64,000 bases of DNA from Amoebophrya sp. A120 (GCA_905178155.1 CAJINV010000004.1:5000619-5064618), one strand, 5' to 3'; positions 39,301-54,300 are shown, counted from the stretch's first letter. A program made the numbers and translations. The notes: generated from the letters alone by a model not told the origin.

Positions 39301-42300
39301 GGGGATTCCGCAGGCGGCCAATGCTGCCAATAACGCGATCCGGGAGAAGTGGCGGGCGCGACCTGAAGGATGCCATCTACAAGTCACGCACCGGGTCCGA
39401 CCGTGTCCACGTGGGTCAACAGTCAGCACTACATCAACGACGACGCTGCGCAACTGTTCACGCGTATTCGTGACGTTGGTCGCTTCAATGTTGCCTCCCG
39501 TGACCAGCAGCACATCAAGACGTCCTCGATCGACGCCATGCATTTCGACAACCGCGAAGCGCCGAAGGATGCTCCGACGTTCCTGGCCCAGATCCACGAG
39601 CTAATGGCGATGGCGCCAAGTGTCTACGTCCCGGAGCCCGGGCGTCCGGTTGAAGATCAGCATGTCAAGAACATTCTGGACAAGTTGCCCAAGATGTTCG
39701 CGTCGGCCTTCCGTCAGACCATCGATCGCTGCGTGGACGAGTCCGATCACATCACCCTCCAGCAGATCGGGAACCGTCTCGAGAAGAAGCTCGCGCAGTT
39801 GGTCAAGGAGGGGTCGCACAAGATTGAGAACCCGTCCTTCGGCAAGGCCTTCCCGGTCGTCGAGGAGAAGTCGAAGAAGAACAAGAAGGGAAATAAGCGT
39901 CAGAAAAATGACGATGATGATGAGGAGCCGGACTCCGCTGATGATGGTCAAAATGCTGCTTCTGGCAAGGTGTTCTCGGCGAAAGCCTTGAAACGCATGA
40001 AAGCCAAACTACGCAAGCAGACCGAAGCGAGTGTCCTGGCTGCCCATGGCCTGCCCCCGAAAGCTAACGCTAAGGGCGGAAGTGGCCAGAAAGGTGGTGG
40101 CAAGACTGGTCGGAACCAGAGCACTCCCTACAACACTGTGACCAAACCCAAATGCTGGATCTGTGGCAAGGAAAACCATAAGGCGGACCGTTGCCGCTGG
40201 AATCCTAACAATCAAGGGAAAGGTCAGCGGGGTGGTGCCTGGGGAAACCAGCAGCCGCAGTGGTGTCCGCCGGTGAACCAGAACCAAGCGAACAACCAGA
40301 ATCAAGGGCAGGGAGCCGGTGGAAAGCAGGGTGGTTGGGTCTGGCAAGGACCAGCCTGACCAGATCAAGGAGGAGCTTATATCTCGGAGTATGGTAGTTG
40401 TATGCTGAATCTCGAGAACTTAGAAGATTTCGATTTAGATTCTTCCAGCTGTTTTACTGCGCAGACCAAGGACGAAGTGAGCTTGGTCGATTCATGTGCA
40501 AACAAATATTTATCACGTCACAAAACGGATTTTGTTGACATCTCGAGCAACGTCTGTCGCATCAACGGCACGGCCGGGGCTCGTGATGGTTTTGTAGGAA
40601 AACTGAAGGAAAACGCTCTAGGTCTGCCCTATGGCGTCTATTTTAAACATCTACCAAGAGATATTGATCGTATTCTTCCGTGGCTCGGTGAGGACAATCT
40701 CAGTGGTCGTGGGTGGGATCTGAACTACAACAGCTCTGGCGGTTCTCTCGTCAACAGGGAATCCGGTCAGATGCTACCAATCAAGAACCACGAGAGGTCG
40801 ACCCTCCCAGTCCTTGGGTGTGATCTTTTCGTGGTGGGCCTCCGGGGTCAGGCGACTAGTGACACCGCGGAAGATATTGCACGCATTACAATCGAAGAAA
40901 GTGTTGCTAGTTGTCATCTTACTCGCCTAGAACAACATAGAAGATTCGGGCACTTTCACGCAGATGGTCCTAGTGTCCAGTGCCCTGAATGCGACAAAGC
41001 GAAAGGCGCAAGAAGCTCTCACGCAAAAGAGCGCGACACTAGTAATTACAAACCTGAACCATTGAAACTACTTGCGATGGATTTCGCGGTAGGTATTAAA
41101 CCTGTATCGATTCGGTCACGCACCTGCGTGCTTGTGGTCATCTGTGATGCCATCAAGAAGCGTTTCTGTGTCCCTCTTAAGCTGAAAAGTGACTGCGTTG
41201 AGGTTTTGGAAGAAGTAATAAAAGGCATTCGCCAGAACTACGCTTTGACCCTCGAGGACAAAGCGGCATGGTTCGTCCGTAGGGACAATGAGCCAGCTCT
41301 GGGCAGTGACTCCATGACCAAGGTCATGCAATCGCTGCGGGTCGGTGATGCTCCTACGGTTCCCTACAACCCAGAGCAGAACGGAACCTGCGAACGCTTT
41401 ATGCGGACCATATTCGGCGCTGTGCGTGCGATGTTGGTGAACGTGGACAAGCGTCTGTGGTGCTACTCGGTCGAGTACGCTGCAGCATGCTGGGACCGCC
41501 TTCCACATAAGTATAGCAAAGCGCCTGAGTACGACGGAAAGACTCCTGCAGAAATTCTAGACGAGAGAACTGGACGAAACAGCTCGAAAGTTGGCACAAG
41601 GATGCTGAGGCGTTTTGGTTGTCTCGTTTATTTTCGTGAACAAGTCAAGAAAGGCGAAGCTCATGAAGCTCCTGAGGGGGGAGTAGAAGTGGTTGCTCCA
41701 AAGCTGTCCGCGCCATTTCGTCGTGGTGTATTTCTCGGCCTTTGTCCAAAGTCTTCGGGCTGGCGGGTTGGGACGTATGTCACGGACGGCCGGTCCGCCG
41801 CGGGACATCGTTGGATGAAGTATTCTACCATCGACGTCAAGTTCCGTGAGGAGTACCTCGTGAAGAATATTGAAGACCTAGCTCCTAACTCCAAAGGTAT
41901 CTATGTCGAGTGTGACGCAATCGAGGCCCTACCTAGTGGAGCGCCGTGTGCGCCATCTCTCCCGTGTGTCGGTCTGATCAAAAGGGCTGCGCACCGGCTG
42001 GGGGTGGATGTCTCGGAGCACACTGGTAGGCAGCCTGACGGTCCTGAAGAGACGCTGGCGGTTGAAAGTCTGGATAGGGAAGATGATCCGGGCCAGATAC
42101 ATCCCGAGCCTGAAGGTGTTAAACCTGAGGAGGGGAATCTGGACGATCACCCCACTCGCAGCAGCTTATCTAGTCCAAGAAAGGCGCGTCCGTCTCCGGC
42201 AAGGATTGTGGCTGGCAGCCGCAACTCCAAGCCGCGAGGTCGTGGCCGTCCCAAAGGGAGAAAGGACAAGAAAAAGCGCGCGAGACGTACTAAGAAAGAG

Positions 42301-45300
42301 CTCGCAGAATTGAGAAAGGACGCTAGTGCCTTTGCCGCAGCAATAGCAGCACAGGAAGAAAGAGAGGAAGGAGAGGAATTCCTAGACGTCCAGTGTTACT
42401 TGACTACATCGGCCAAGTTGGACCCAGCTCGTTGCAAAGACTCAGTCGAATGGAACGCAGCAACCAACAAGGAAGATTGTAGACTTGAAGCCTATAAAGT
42501 GCGGGAGCCAGCTACTGGCGAGGAGCTAGCGACCGCAAAGCAGGTTTTGCCTATTGCTGTCCTTCTTACCGAGAAGCGTGACGGTACGAAGAAAGCGCGA
42601 GCAGTAGCACTCGGTAATCTAGATCGTTCGGGCGAGCTGGACACTTTCGCTCCTGTTGTGTCCCATGCCGCTAAAAGGTTACTTCTAGCCGCTGCAGCCG
42701 CAAACGGTGATGATGTGACCCCGTTCGACCTTGATAGTGCGTTTCTCAATGCCTTACTTGATCGCGATGTCTTCTGCCGCTTGCCACCCATCTGGGCGAA
42801 GAAGCACGGCGTGGAGATCGTCAAGCTCAAGAAAGCGCTTTACGGCTTGAAAGACGCCCCCAGGCTCTGGTATAAGAAGTATGAGGAAGTACTGACCAAG
42901 CTAGGTTGGGAACCCTGTCCCTCTGCGCCAGGTCTGTGGAAGAAGCCGAGCGTGGAACACCCTGGGAAGTTTCTGAAGTTGGCAGTGTATGTCGACGATA
43001 ATCTTATCACAGGTCCTCCGACTGGGTCCGAGTTGGCTGGAGAACTTGCGGAGATCTTGCACCACGTCAAGGGGCGCATGATCGACGTCGAGCTTGTTCC
43101 GGAGTTTAACTCTGTGTCCAAGAAGTTCGACTTCCTAGGGTCAATAGTGTACTACAGCTGGAATCTGCGAACCGTTAGGATCGTGATGTCAGAGCACATA
43201 TCCAAGATTTGTAAGAGATTCCACGTCTCAGAAGCGGGCAAGCCGGTCCACTCGCCAAACTTCGATGAGTCCGAACTCGCTAAAGAAGTTGAAGGAGCTA
43301 AAGTTATTGAAGGCTTTCCCCTTCGAGAGGTCGCTGGCTCTCTGCAGTGGGCTGCAACCACCTGCAGGGTAGACATTGTTGCCCCGGTTGCCACTGTCGC
43401 CAGATATGTCGGCAAGCCGGCGACTCGACCCGTCGCAAACGCCTGTAAGAAGATTCCGAAGTATCTTTTGACGACGAAAGAGCAGGGTCTGTCGTATAGT
43501 CCGGAAATTGAGGAAGAATTCAACAGAATCTACAGCAAGCTACTGCCCGACGGGAGAGACTTGCCTGATGTGAATCTGTTTTCGGATGCTAGTTTTGCGA
43601 ACTGTTGCAAGACCATGCGAAGCACTAGTGGTAGCGTTATGCACTTCCGCGGCTTCCCGATCTGTTGGCGTAGCAACCGGCAGACCGTGAGGGCATACTC
43701 CACGGCGGAGGCGGAGTATATAGCTGCTTCCGACACTATTGCGCTGAGCGAGCAGAATGACTTTACAGAGTTCTTCAAACCTCTGCCCACTGTCATGGTG
43801 GAAAAACAGAATGGCTCATCTCCCTCCCTGGATGATGCCATATTGTGGATCGACAACCAGTCCGCGATAACTACAGCTAAGAGCACAGACAACAAACCGA
43901 AATCGAGGCACTACGCACTGCGATATCTCCGCGTGAGAGACGCAGCGAGCCAGATCATGTTCTGCCCGACCTACTTGATGAAGGCAGACGGTCTTACGAA
44001 GCTCGAGTGTAGTGCGCCGCAGAGACGCTTACTCTTGCACCATATTGATAACCCCGACCCTAAGTCTTTTATTTGTGACTCCTCTGACGATGAGGATGAT
44101 TTAGAAACGTTTATAGAGGGGAACCATAAGGGCAAGGCTAAAGTAGGCTATACTTATTCGATCTATTTTGGTTTCTAGAGGGGGTAGCTAGTTTACCACA
44201 GCGCGCTCAGGAGGGGAGTGTGGTAGGACGTTATCCAGATTAGCATCACCGCCGCAGCGATTGAGGAGGGGCGTTGGTCATGGAAATCGATCCCGCACAC
44301 ACGTAACACGATCGCCCCAAATGGCGCTTGTTCCTCAATGAGATGACAGCTCTGAATGACCTGAACTAGCTAGATCCTTAGGGAAATGGTCAGAATCTAT
44401 CTAGATCCTAAAGGAATCTCTTCACCATGTTCCGCGAATCCCCCAAATACTACGAAGGCAAAGCCATCAGGATCGTAGTGAAATGAATGGACTCAGCTCG
44501 GTCCAGACGTTCAGAATGGTCGCCCTGGGGGACTTGACTCCCGCCAGGGTCGAGCACCAATCTGAGCAGGCTGAGGAGTGGACTCCCATGCTGTTTTGCC
44601 ACTTGACTCTGACCAGGTTCGGTCCATATGAATGTGATGAATTTGGATGAATTGAACCTACAGGATGTAACGCAGCAAGAGACTTGCGTCACTTGCTTGC
44701 TTACTTGCAATTGAGAGAATTCATTGAACTGCTGTTGATAACGAGCTCAGTGGAGCAAACGTGTGCAAGTGTGTGCGAGTGTTCTCAAGTACAAGTCCAC
44801 TAACAGGTTCTTATATGATAAAAATGATTGAAGACGATGACGATATTTAAAAAAGTCGAAAAGAAACGGCTGAAAAGTCCCAGTCGTTGATCATAGTACC
44901 TCGAAACGTGTTGGTCGTCCACATTTGGTACAGCACCTGCGCGTCCTGCAGCGCTCCCGAGGCGAACGTGCTTCCCAGTACGTGGGGCGCAATCGTCAAA
45001 GCCGCGCCCACCTGGGCAGCGGCCAGGACCGACACTAGCATGAAGTCCATGACGGGAAACATGCTGCGCTCCTATCCACTGAAAAAAAACCACCCCCATC
45101 CATTTTTTGCATGGCAGACACGGGGTTTTATGTATGTTTTGCATGACAAATTGGATGTGGATGGATATTTTTTCCTGGATAGCTCCCCCACCTTTAGCAT
45201 GAAGCTCACGCCCCGGCGCTCGAACTCGCTGACCGTGGCCTCGTATTCCAAAAGCTGTGCGCGGCGGTGCTCTTCCAGAATCTCTTCGTCTCTCTTGTAA

Positions 45301-48300
45301 CTGTTGTTCTCTGCAGCTTGTAGTGGGTGCTGCGGGTCTGCAGCGTCTTGAAATCTCACACGATGAGATCCTCTACTACCCTTAGAACTACTACTTCCTC
45401 GGCCTTGTTTATTGCTCTTTTTGCCCGCCCCTCGCTGCAAGGCTTGTTGTGCCCTTAGCCGCTGGTGTGCCTCGTAAGAGTTGGCCCCATCCTGGTCGAT
45501 GCGCTGGGCAAGCTGTCGTGCAGACGGACCGTCCGTCGCGAGCAGGCCGTCGGAACTACTCCCGTCTGTGTGCAACAAGCGGCTGCGCAGGGTGGCAACC
45601 TCTTTCAGGTCCAGCGGCTCCTCCCGGAGCGCGCCGGTGAATTTGCCGCGCCGCAAAAGTTGCGCGCCAGCATGTGCCTTCTTCTGCGCCCCGCCCAAGA
45701 GCCGCCGGAACCTTCCCGTTTGTATCAAAAGCAAAAATCCCCCCTCCCCATATCGAAAAGGTATGTTTCCGAGAATTTGCGTTGCTGATTTGAGGTCGCA
45801 AATCACATCTGTACTACAAGAAGACAAGGGCAGAAGCTTCCGCCCCACTATGGAAGCGATTTGTCATGCTGTTGGCCCTAAAAGTGACCCGCTTGCCATG
45901 CTGAAAAACTAGACCCATACGCCCCGACCTAGCCTGGGGATCTGACCGCAGTGCCTCTCTGCAATACAAAGCTGATTTGTGTACACAAATCCGGCATCAG
46001 AAATTCCGTTTTGATATGGGGAGGGGGGATTTTTCCTTTCGATAGTTTGCTGCTCGCCTTCGCCCTGGTCCGTGCTGATGCCTTCGTCCGAGAAACGGGA
46101 TAAAACGTTCCGCAGTTCTCTTGCGGTTAAATTCTGAAACACAATGGTCCAGTTGTCCTTGTTTGTCGAGCGGAAATACCGAATCAGCTTTTTCGTCGAG
46201 TCGCGAACCCGCTGCAGAAACCGCAGGTGTGGTGTGCCCGCTTTCGTTGCTTTAGACGCGCCCGACGCATTATTTTTTCCACCTCCGCCGGGTCCTCCTC
46301 CCGCGGCTTCCAAAACCTTGGCCTGGGCAACGTGCTCCGGCGTGGTGTGTACTTTCAACGCCTCGGAGATCCGCTTTACCGCGTTCCAGGCGGCAACCCG
46401 CGCGTCCGTGGCCCTTTTTTCCGCTGCAGATTTGGTACTGCTTTCGTCCTCAAATTGGCTCCGCTGGTAGAACGAGGAGGTTCGCGAAGTGGTGCTCTCG
46501 TCGCTGCTGCTGCCGGCATTCGTGCTTTCTTCGTAGAGATTGAGATTGTTTTTTAGTGATGAACCTGTGCTGCCCATCATACCAAATTTACCAGCTCCAC
46601 CGCGGCCACGGCGGGAAGCAAATGGACCAAGCGCAAAGTTGTCAAGCTCCTCCCAGCCCGCACCGGACAGAACTGCGGTTATTAAACCTGCTTTGTCAAC
46701 ACCCGGCTCATCTTCGCCTCCGCCTGCAAGTTCGCACGACGCATCATCTGCAGACTTGCATCTGCGCGTGAAATGTCTGGCCTTCTGTTCTCCTATTCGC
46801 TCGGCCAGATCCAAGAGGCCAGAAGCAGCATCGGTACTTCTAGGACCACGGGATGAGGAAGAGAATCCTGGTGAGCCAGCAGCGCCAGGTGATCGTGGGC
46901 CAGAAGATCTGCCGCTGCGCCCACCACCTCCGCCGCGATGATTGGGAAATAATCCCCGCCTTCCGGAAAAGGGCAACGCCATGTCAAACTCAGAGGGCGT
47001 TTCGTCGCCACCGTGAACAACATAGTCTTCGTCTTCACTAAACTCGCCTTCGTTCTCACCTCCCTGCGAGATAGGCAAGATCTCCTGATGCTTTACGGCT
47101 GCTCCCGCCCTCGAACTAGAACTCGCTTCACCGCCGGCTTGTCCGCGAGACGCACCAGCAGTGGGAGAGGGCTTCATGCAGCTTTTTGGAACCTTCGGAA
47201 TCGAGCCCTGCTTTTCCAGTGCTTCTGCGGTGAGTTTGGGGCGCGTAGTTTTTGCTCCTGAGGGAATTGCTTGTTCATCACAGGCCTCTCGTCCCTCCTC
47301 TTCCACTGGTTCCTCAGAGCCCACGCCAACATCTGACGGCTCCGGCGACGGTTCTCCGGAGCGGCTTTTGACGGACTCCACATCTACCATGGCCGCGCTG
47401 AGGCCGAGAGCCGTGCTGTGTCGCGACGTCGATCGCGAGGACGTCGTGAAGGTGCGCTGCATGTCGCTTTGCGGAGTCCCACTTTTGTATTGCTCGAAGT
47501 AGCCCGCCGCTGGTTCCGACGAGCCACCGTCACTGGGCTCAGGCGTGATGTTGCGGAGGACAGGATCTTCTCCAGGACGAAGGCTGACTCCTCTAGTAGC
47601 TCCTATGCCTCGTGATCCAGCTCCTGCTTCTTGTTCTTCACGAACAGCAGCTTGCGTACGTTCCTTTTCCGCTTCTTGTTCCAACTCTACTTCTTGCCGC
47701 TTTTGTTCCGCCAGCTCCTCTTGTCTCTTCGCCTCCGCAGCCTCCTTTTCCCTTCGCTCGGCCAGTCGCGCGCCGTACGCGTCGACGAACTCCGTTAACT
47801 TCGCTTGCAGCGATTCCCAGTCTGCGGAGAAGGATTGCTTTTCTTCGTCCACATCCATAGCTGATTCGCCCGGAGCCGGTTTTTTCCTGGCAATGTCGCC
47901 GTGCACCACAACATTCTTGTCTTGGTACAGGAGTCTGTCGTGCTGGTCTGGGACTAGCAATTTCCCCGTTTTCGAGTCCAGCCAGGGATTCGAATAAGAG
48001 CTGCTTGCAGCTCCCATCAGTTGTTCCGCAACACTAGATTGTTCATAATTATCTATCCCAAACAACCGGTCCTGAATGCGCAGCAACATGTCCTCGAGCT
48101 GGGTATCGTCTTCCACACCGAAAGCCTCGTACATATCTGCGTACGTCTGCACGTCGGGTTGCACCTGCCGCAGCCAGTAGTCGGCCGCGTTCACGGAGAC
48201 GACAGTCATATCTGCGTCGGAAACCACCGGAACCGCATTGGCTTTCACGAGCGTCAACTGGTTCTCGTCAAGCAGGTTTAAGTTCCTGCTGTGCAGTCTC

Positions 48301-51300
48301 TGTCGGTACAGCGTCTCGGCCGCGACGGCGTCGTTCCGCAACTGCCGGCGCAGGCCTTGGAGCCGCTTGCGTAGGTTTTGCTTTTGTCGCTGGGTCTCCG
48401 TGAGAGCAGAAGCCTCGTCGCCGACGAGAGTAACAAGGTCCTGCTGTTCTACTTGTCGCCCCATCATGTCAGCATCGTTTGATGTTCTTCCACTTCGTCC
48501 ACTACTGAACTCTACTTCAGAAGACTGGTCAACAAGATCTGGAACAACATTTGCGATGACGTGTTTCGGTATAATTCCGCTGACGAGCGGCGCATATAAC
48601 CGCTGGTTGTAGTCCTGCACGAGTGTCAAAGCCGCGTTGGCCTCTTGCTTCGTCCGTGTGTTTTGGTGCTTCATGGAATCCAGCACGGCGTCCGCCTTCT
48701 TCGTCAGCACAGCCGACAAGGCCGTCAGACGGCGCAAGCGGTCTTCTTTCGCGGTCTCTGCGGCGTACTGGTGCGCTCCGTGCAAAAGGCTCCAGATCCG
48801 ACCTCCCGACGACCGAGGTTCTTCCGCTGATAAGAATCCGGCAGGGGCAGTACCAGTAGAGTCACTTGTCGCTGTCGGCTCTCCTCCGCCGGAAGGCTTT
48901 CGAAGCAACTGCGACGAGGACGTCGCACTGCCGCCGCGCCGTGAAGATGATGCGGCCGTAGAAGTTGTAGAGCTGCTACTGAATTCTATCTTCGCAGATT
49001 GTTGAATGCTGTCCACCGCGCTCGCTTCCGCCTCTGGTTCGAAGAAGGCGAAGTTCAAAACACCCACGTGCTCGCGGAAACTTTCCGGCGTGAGGAGTAC
49101 AGAGGCTGTTGCCTCTACTTCTTCGGGGTCCACGCCACCGTCGAATTCTTTGATACTCTTGCGCAGCTCCGCTTCTCCCATCAGCTCCAGGGTAATGTGG
49201 GTTTTCTTCGACGTGTTGGTCTTCGTGGGATAAACATGTTCTTGCTCGTCGCCGCCCTGAGAGGCAGCTGCTTCCCCGTCCTGGTCACGTAGTTCATCTG
49301 CTTCTCCGGGAGCCTCGGCTGTTTGCTGCGCGGAGACGTCCGTGACGTGGGATACCCAAAAGTACAATACCGCCTCGGGTTTGGCGTCGACTGGCACCTG
49401 CAAGTTCTCATCCTTTTCCTTGTCCCGCTTGAACCAGAGGACACGTCCCATCACCGGCACCTCAGAAGCGTGTGCAGCAGAATCGTACTTCGACAGAAGG
49501 TGTTTTTCGCGCAGCCACCGCCCGAAAGTGGAGTTTCTGTGGTAGGGCTTCGGAACCTGGATCACCATCGGATTGCTCGTTCCCGCAGTTGAGCCATCCG
49601 TTCCCGTTGCACTACGTTTCTGGTTCATCGGATCGACCGCATCTTTCAGCAGCTGAAAATTCTCTGTGTACTCGAAGTGGTTTTTCTTGGAGTCGCCACC
49701 AAACGCGATCTCGAGCACCGGCCGGACACTGGGGTGTTTGTCCTCCACTTTGTACAAGTTTTCCGGGATGCTCTGGGATTCAGAGGATAAAAGCTCACTG
49801 ATCAACGCGCTCTGCGTCGACGGCTTGTTCGCAAGATGAACTGCGGGAGCGGATCCTTGTGCTGCACCACCGCGACCTGGTGCTCCTCGCCCCCCGGCTG
49901 AATTATTTTGCTCTTCTTTTTCTTTCACCATCTTCAGACCGTCGAAAATGCCTTTGCGCTGCTCCGGCGAAGCGACTTCCCAGTGCAGCCCGGTGAAATG
50001 CAGGTCTGCGAGTAGGGAAGCCTCTTCCTGGCTTTCATAATCCTCGTTATTTTCATCAACAAATACTGTGGTCATGCGCTCCAGCTTCGCGATGGGGGAC
50101 TGTCCGACTTGCTTCCGCGCAACAGCAGAGGCAGATACGGAGGTTTTCTTGCCTTTAGTTTTCATCTTCTTCCCTGACGAACGGCCATGACGCTGGGTTT
50201 TTTGAAAATCTGCCACCATGACTTCACCCGCTCGTGCTGCAGGCGGCAAAGCGCTCAAAACCGGACGCCCTTCGTCCACAGCGAATAGCCCGCCTGGTGT
50301 TGTGCTTGTTTCGAAGCGAGGGCCTGTAGAGGTCCCGGCTGCACCAAACTCGTTTTGCTGGTCTGTCTCATCGAAAAGTGCAAGATCGACATGATCTTCG
50401 TCTCCATCAAACATAGTCATACTATCCACCTCGTCTTCCTCGTCGGTGAAGTCCGAAAATTCCGAGCTTGCATCGGAGAAATCGGTTTCCCGGACCACCT
50501 CGCGCTCGTCTTCGGCCAGGGCCGACTTCCACCTTAGCAGGCTGAGGAGCTCGGCGCTGCAATCATGCAGCCGAATCTTGATGGTTTGCCTCCTCGTGCG
50601 GGCCAGGCGGCTCTGGAAGCTCTGTGCCCCCGACGATACGACTGACATACCCGCTTGCTCTCTTTCCGTTAACGGGCGGGGATCCAGCGCTGCTCGGTGA
50701 TTTAGAACTGCCGTGCGAATTTCCCGCAAGATCTCCGTCGCCTTTTTCGTTTGCTCCGCCTGCTGCTGCCGCAGCGTGTTTTGGAAAAACTCGCGTCTCG
50801 CTTTGTCAAATTCGACCAGAACACGCGCGTTGCGCTGTTCTGCTTTTGCTTCGTCAGTTCCAAAGCCCGTGCCGTCCTCCGCGGATAATCGCTCTTCCAG
50901 CACAGCCCGGCGGGCATTCCACAACAAACGCAGAGCCCGTCTGTGCTTTTCGTGCAGTGTCTGGAGCTGCTGCAGCTGCGTGTGGAGGGCTTGGCTGTAC
51001 ATTTTTTGCGGGTAAGGCTGGTCCGCACTAGCTGCTCCGCCAACTCCGAAGCCTCCACCACTCAAGAACAACTCCTCTATTGCAGGAGATGGCACGACGT
51101 TAAGTCCGCCTGGTGCAGCAGCTCCACCATCTATTTCATCGCCGGCAGAAGATAAATCATTCCACGGCACCAGCTCCCCGTCCATTTCCAAAGCGTCCAG
51201 GACTTTCATGACGTGACTCCGGGTCCCGGCCGTCATGGCGAGAGGGTCTCGGTCGTGGTCTTCCGGGCTAGGCATCCCGAACGCCGCGATCAGCTTTGCA

Positions 51301-54300
51301 GCCACGGCGACGGTCACGCGATTGAACCGCACCCGGTAAAACTGGTAGTCGTGGTCAGATTCCCACAAACCCGAACTTTTCGATTGCACGAACCGCGAGC
51401 GCACGTAGGGATTGAATCGCAACAGCTCTTCCTTGTTGACAGGCGCCGGTCGTGCAGGAGCTCCTTCTGCCCTGGGCTCTGGTGGCGATGAAGCAGGAGC
51501 AGCAACTGCAACTTCTGGAGCAGGAGCCGTGGTTTTCTTGTAGATGCTCAAAGCGGCGTCAAATGGTTGGCGTAAAAACCTACGTGAGGCCCGCCGAAAC
51601 GCGGCCTCATCGCGTTTCTGCTTCGCTTCACGCAATTCCTTTGGGTCCATGTCCACATCCATAATATCCTTGTCGCCCAGGAGCTCATCTTGGAGAACTT
51701 GCACCCGACCAAAAGTCTCCGCCTTTTCACGCACTGCTCGCAGGTTCTCCTTTGTTTCTTCTGTCCACAGCTTTTCCAACTTCTCGAACCCCTCACCGCT
51801 GGGCAAAGGTGCATCTGTTGATGAAAGGTCTCCTTCATTTCCACGGCCCTTTCCCCTACCGGCGGGCGAGAGCAACAGCATGGCGTAGAAATCGCTTACC
51901 ACATGGGAAAGCGGCTTCTCCGGAAGTTTTTTCTTCATTGCGCTGTACTCCTCGCACGCCTGGACAATGCGAGGCTGCAGCTTCTCGAGCATGTCGCGAG
52001 CATCTGGATGATTGGTCATCGTGTCCAAAAATCCCTGTGACTTCAATTTGCAAGACTCGTCGACCACACGACTCGGTCTTTGGCCGGTCCGCAAAAACAG
52101 CTCAGATTGCGATGAAAAAAAGTGGTCTTCAATCGCTTTTAGCTCTTGGTCTGTCAGGACGGCACGCGAAGACGAGGTGGAAGTACTAGGCATTGTAGCG
52201 CTTCCGTCATCCGTCATCTCTTGACCCAGACTGTCGCCAATCAAGCTCGCGAGCCCGTAGAAGTGGCGCGACTTCGCAGCGCGGTGGTCCGTCTGCATGC
52301 GGGACAACCTTCGGGCCTCCAGCGTGCTGCCCGGGGGACGCAACTTTTCGCGCTTTGGAGAAGGGCCGCTGTTGACCAGGTCCTGCAGCGTCTCCATCAG
52401 TGTCAGCTTCGCGAATTTCTCATCTCCTGATCCTGTCATCTCCACAAAAATTTTCCTCGCATCCTGTTCCTCCTCGACCCACGTTTCATCTTCTTTCGAC
52501 CCGCGCTGCCCCTTGGGCTTCCGCTCCGCCACTTCCAACTGGTGGAACTTCGTGCGCCAGTCCGCGGGGCCGTAGCTGCCAAAACCCGCCCACCGCTCGT
52601 CGTCTTCCAGCACCTCGATGCTCGTTTGCAGATCGGAGCTCGGGCCGCGCTTGGTGCTGCCCGTGTAACCGGCCTTGTAGGACTGCAGTTTTGCGCCTTC
52701 GGGCCGCTGCTGCTCGTCGTCTACGGCGTGAAACAACTCATAACTTAACGCTTCGTGCGCTCTGTTAAACTCTTCCTCCATTTTTTCCCAGCTCCAAGCG
52801 CGCCGAATCAGGTGCGCGGCGGTTTCCAAAGGGAAGCTGCCATCGACCCAACGGGAAGAGGATTTTGCGTCTTCATTTCCAACGTGCAGTTCGGTGTTCG
52901 CACGGGCCAAGATTCGGGCGGAGAGCTCCTGGAAAATGAAGTTCTGCAGGTCCGCGTCGGAGATGAGCGAGAATTCGAGACTCACACTCCCCGGCTGCCA
53001 CAAATTGTTGATGGTTACCGACGAGGTTGATGTAGAAGTAGATGGACCCCTTGCACCAGCTGTGCCTGCAGCTGCCTTTTGCGAACCTGCTTGTTCATAA
53101 TCATGCGTACTGACCGGGTTGGAAGCTGCAATAGAATCAATGCCGCTGGCGAGTGACGCTTTAGATTCGGATCGCTGCTTGAAACTGCCTCTTGTTGTGT
53201 CACCCTGTTCGAACATTTTCGGAACCATGGCTTGAAACAGTGCCTCATCGTCACCCTCTTTCGTCGCGCGGTCTCGATAGGCTTTGTCTTTCACAAACAG
53301 CCTCAGACTTGGAAGATGCTGCTGCACTGTGGTTTTGATGTGTTCGCGTCTGGCCGTTGCAAACCGCGCATCGTCAACGATTTCATGTCCCGTAGCCGCG
53401 CGGTAGTTGGCACGGTTGCGCCATTTGGTGGGAAGCACATACTCAACTGGAGTGATGGCCATGCCCAGCAGTGCCAGCGCGCGCTCTCCCGCGAGGAGAC
53501 CGGAATTGATATCGGACTGCAGGCCTTCTTGTCCTTCCTGCTGGCTCGCGCTCGCATATTTCTCACCGCCGCCCACAGAACCAGCAGCAGCAGCGGGTCC
53601 TCCACCCGTGTGCGCGGAAAGATGAAGTCCTCCAGGGGCATTCGCAACCCACTCTAGATCGAAGTGGAACTCTCGCAGCATGTCTGCAGTCGCCTTCGCC
53701 AGGCCCTTCCTGAATTGCACCCGCCAGCGCACTTCCGGACGGGATAGGTCCGGGAGGTGGGAAAGATCCGGCTTCTCTTGGTCTTTGATCCTCTCCCTAA
53801 CGCCATCTATCGCTTTGTCCACATCATCGTATTGCTCGTCGAAAATCATTTCCAAGGCATCAACGCGCTCCGTGTAGAAAATGCCGCTGGCAAAAGCAGT
53901 TGCAGCAGTCCCACCGACGCTCGTCCTTCCAGGGGCGCTACTACTTCTCCTTGGTTCGGAGGTCCTCGACGACTGGTCCCCAGCAAATGCGGTCTGCCTC
54001 GGCTCCCGGAACGCTTGCACCGAGACGGCCTGGCATCCCAGATCGATGTCATCCGTCAGCTGTGCATCGTACAAGGCCTTCAAGCCGGCGTTCAGCTTCC
54101 CCATGTGGTACACCGCTCCCTTCTTTTTCGCGCTCTTCCGCAGATGTTTCCACACCCATTCGTGTTTGCGCTGACTCAGCTTCTTTTTCCGCTCCAGTAA
54201 TTTCTCCATCGCCTCGCGCCACGTCATGTCCCCGCCCAAATCGTCGTACCCCCGCCCAGCATCCGCTGCTTCGCCGCGGAGAAAAGCCGTCAACTCCCCG

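Larger units (their letters stand above)
38579..44805 (+). mobile_element. Ty1/copia LTR retrotransposon, full length
   Basis: LTRs 38579-39106 and 44272-44805; outer ends TG...CA; TSD GGTTC at 38574-78 and 44806-10; PPT GAGGAGGGG before 3' LTR; PR-IN-RT-RH domain order. Confidence 0.96.
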
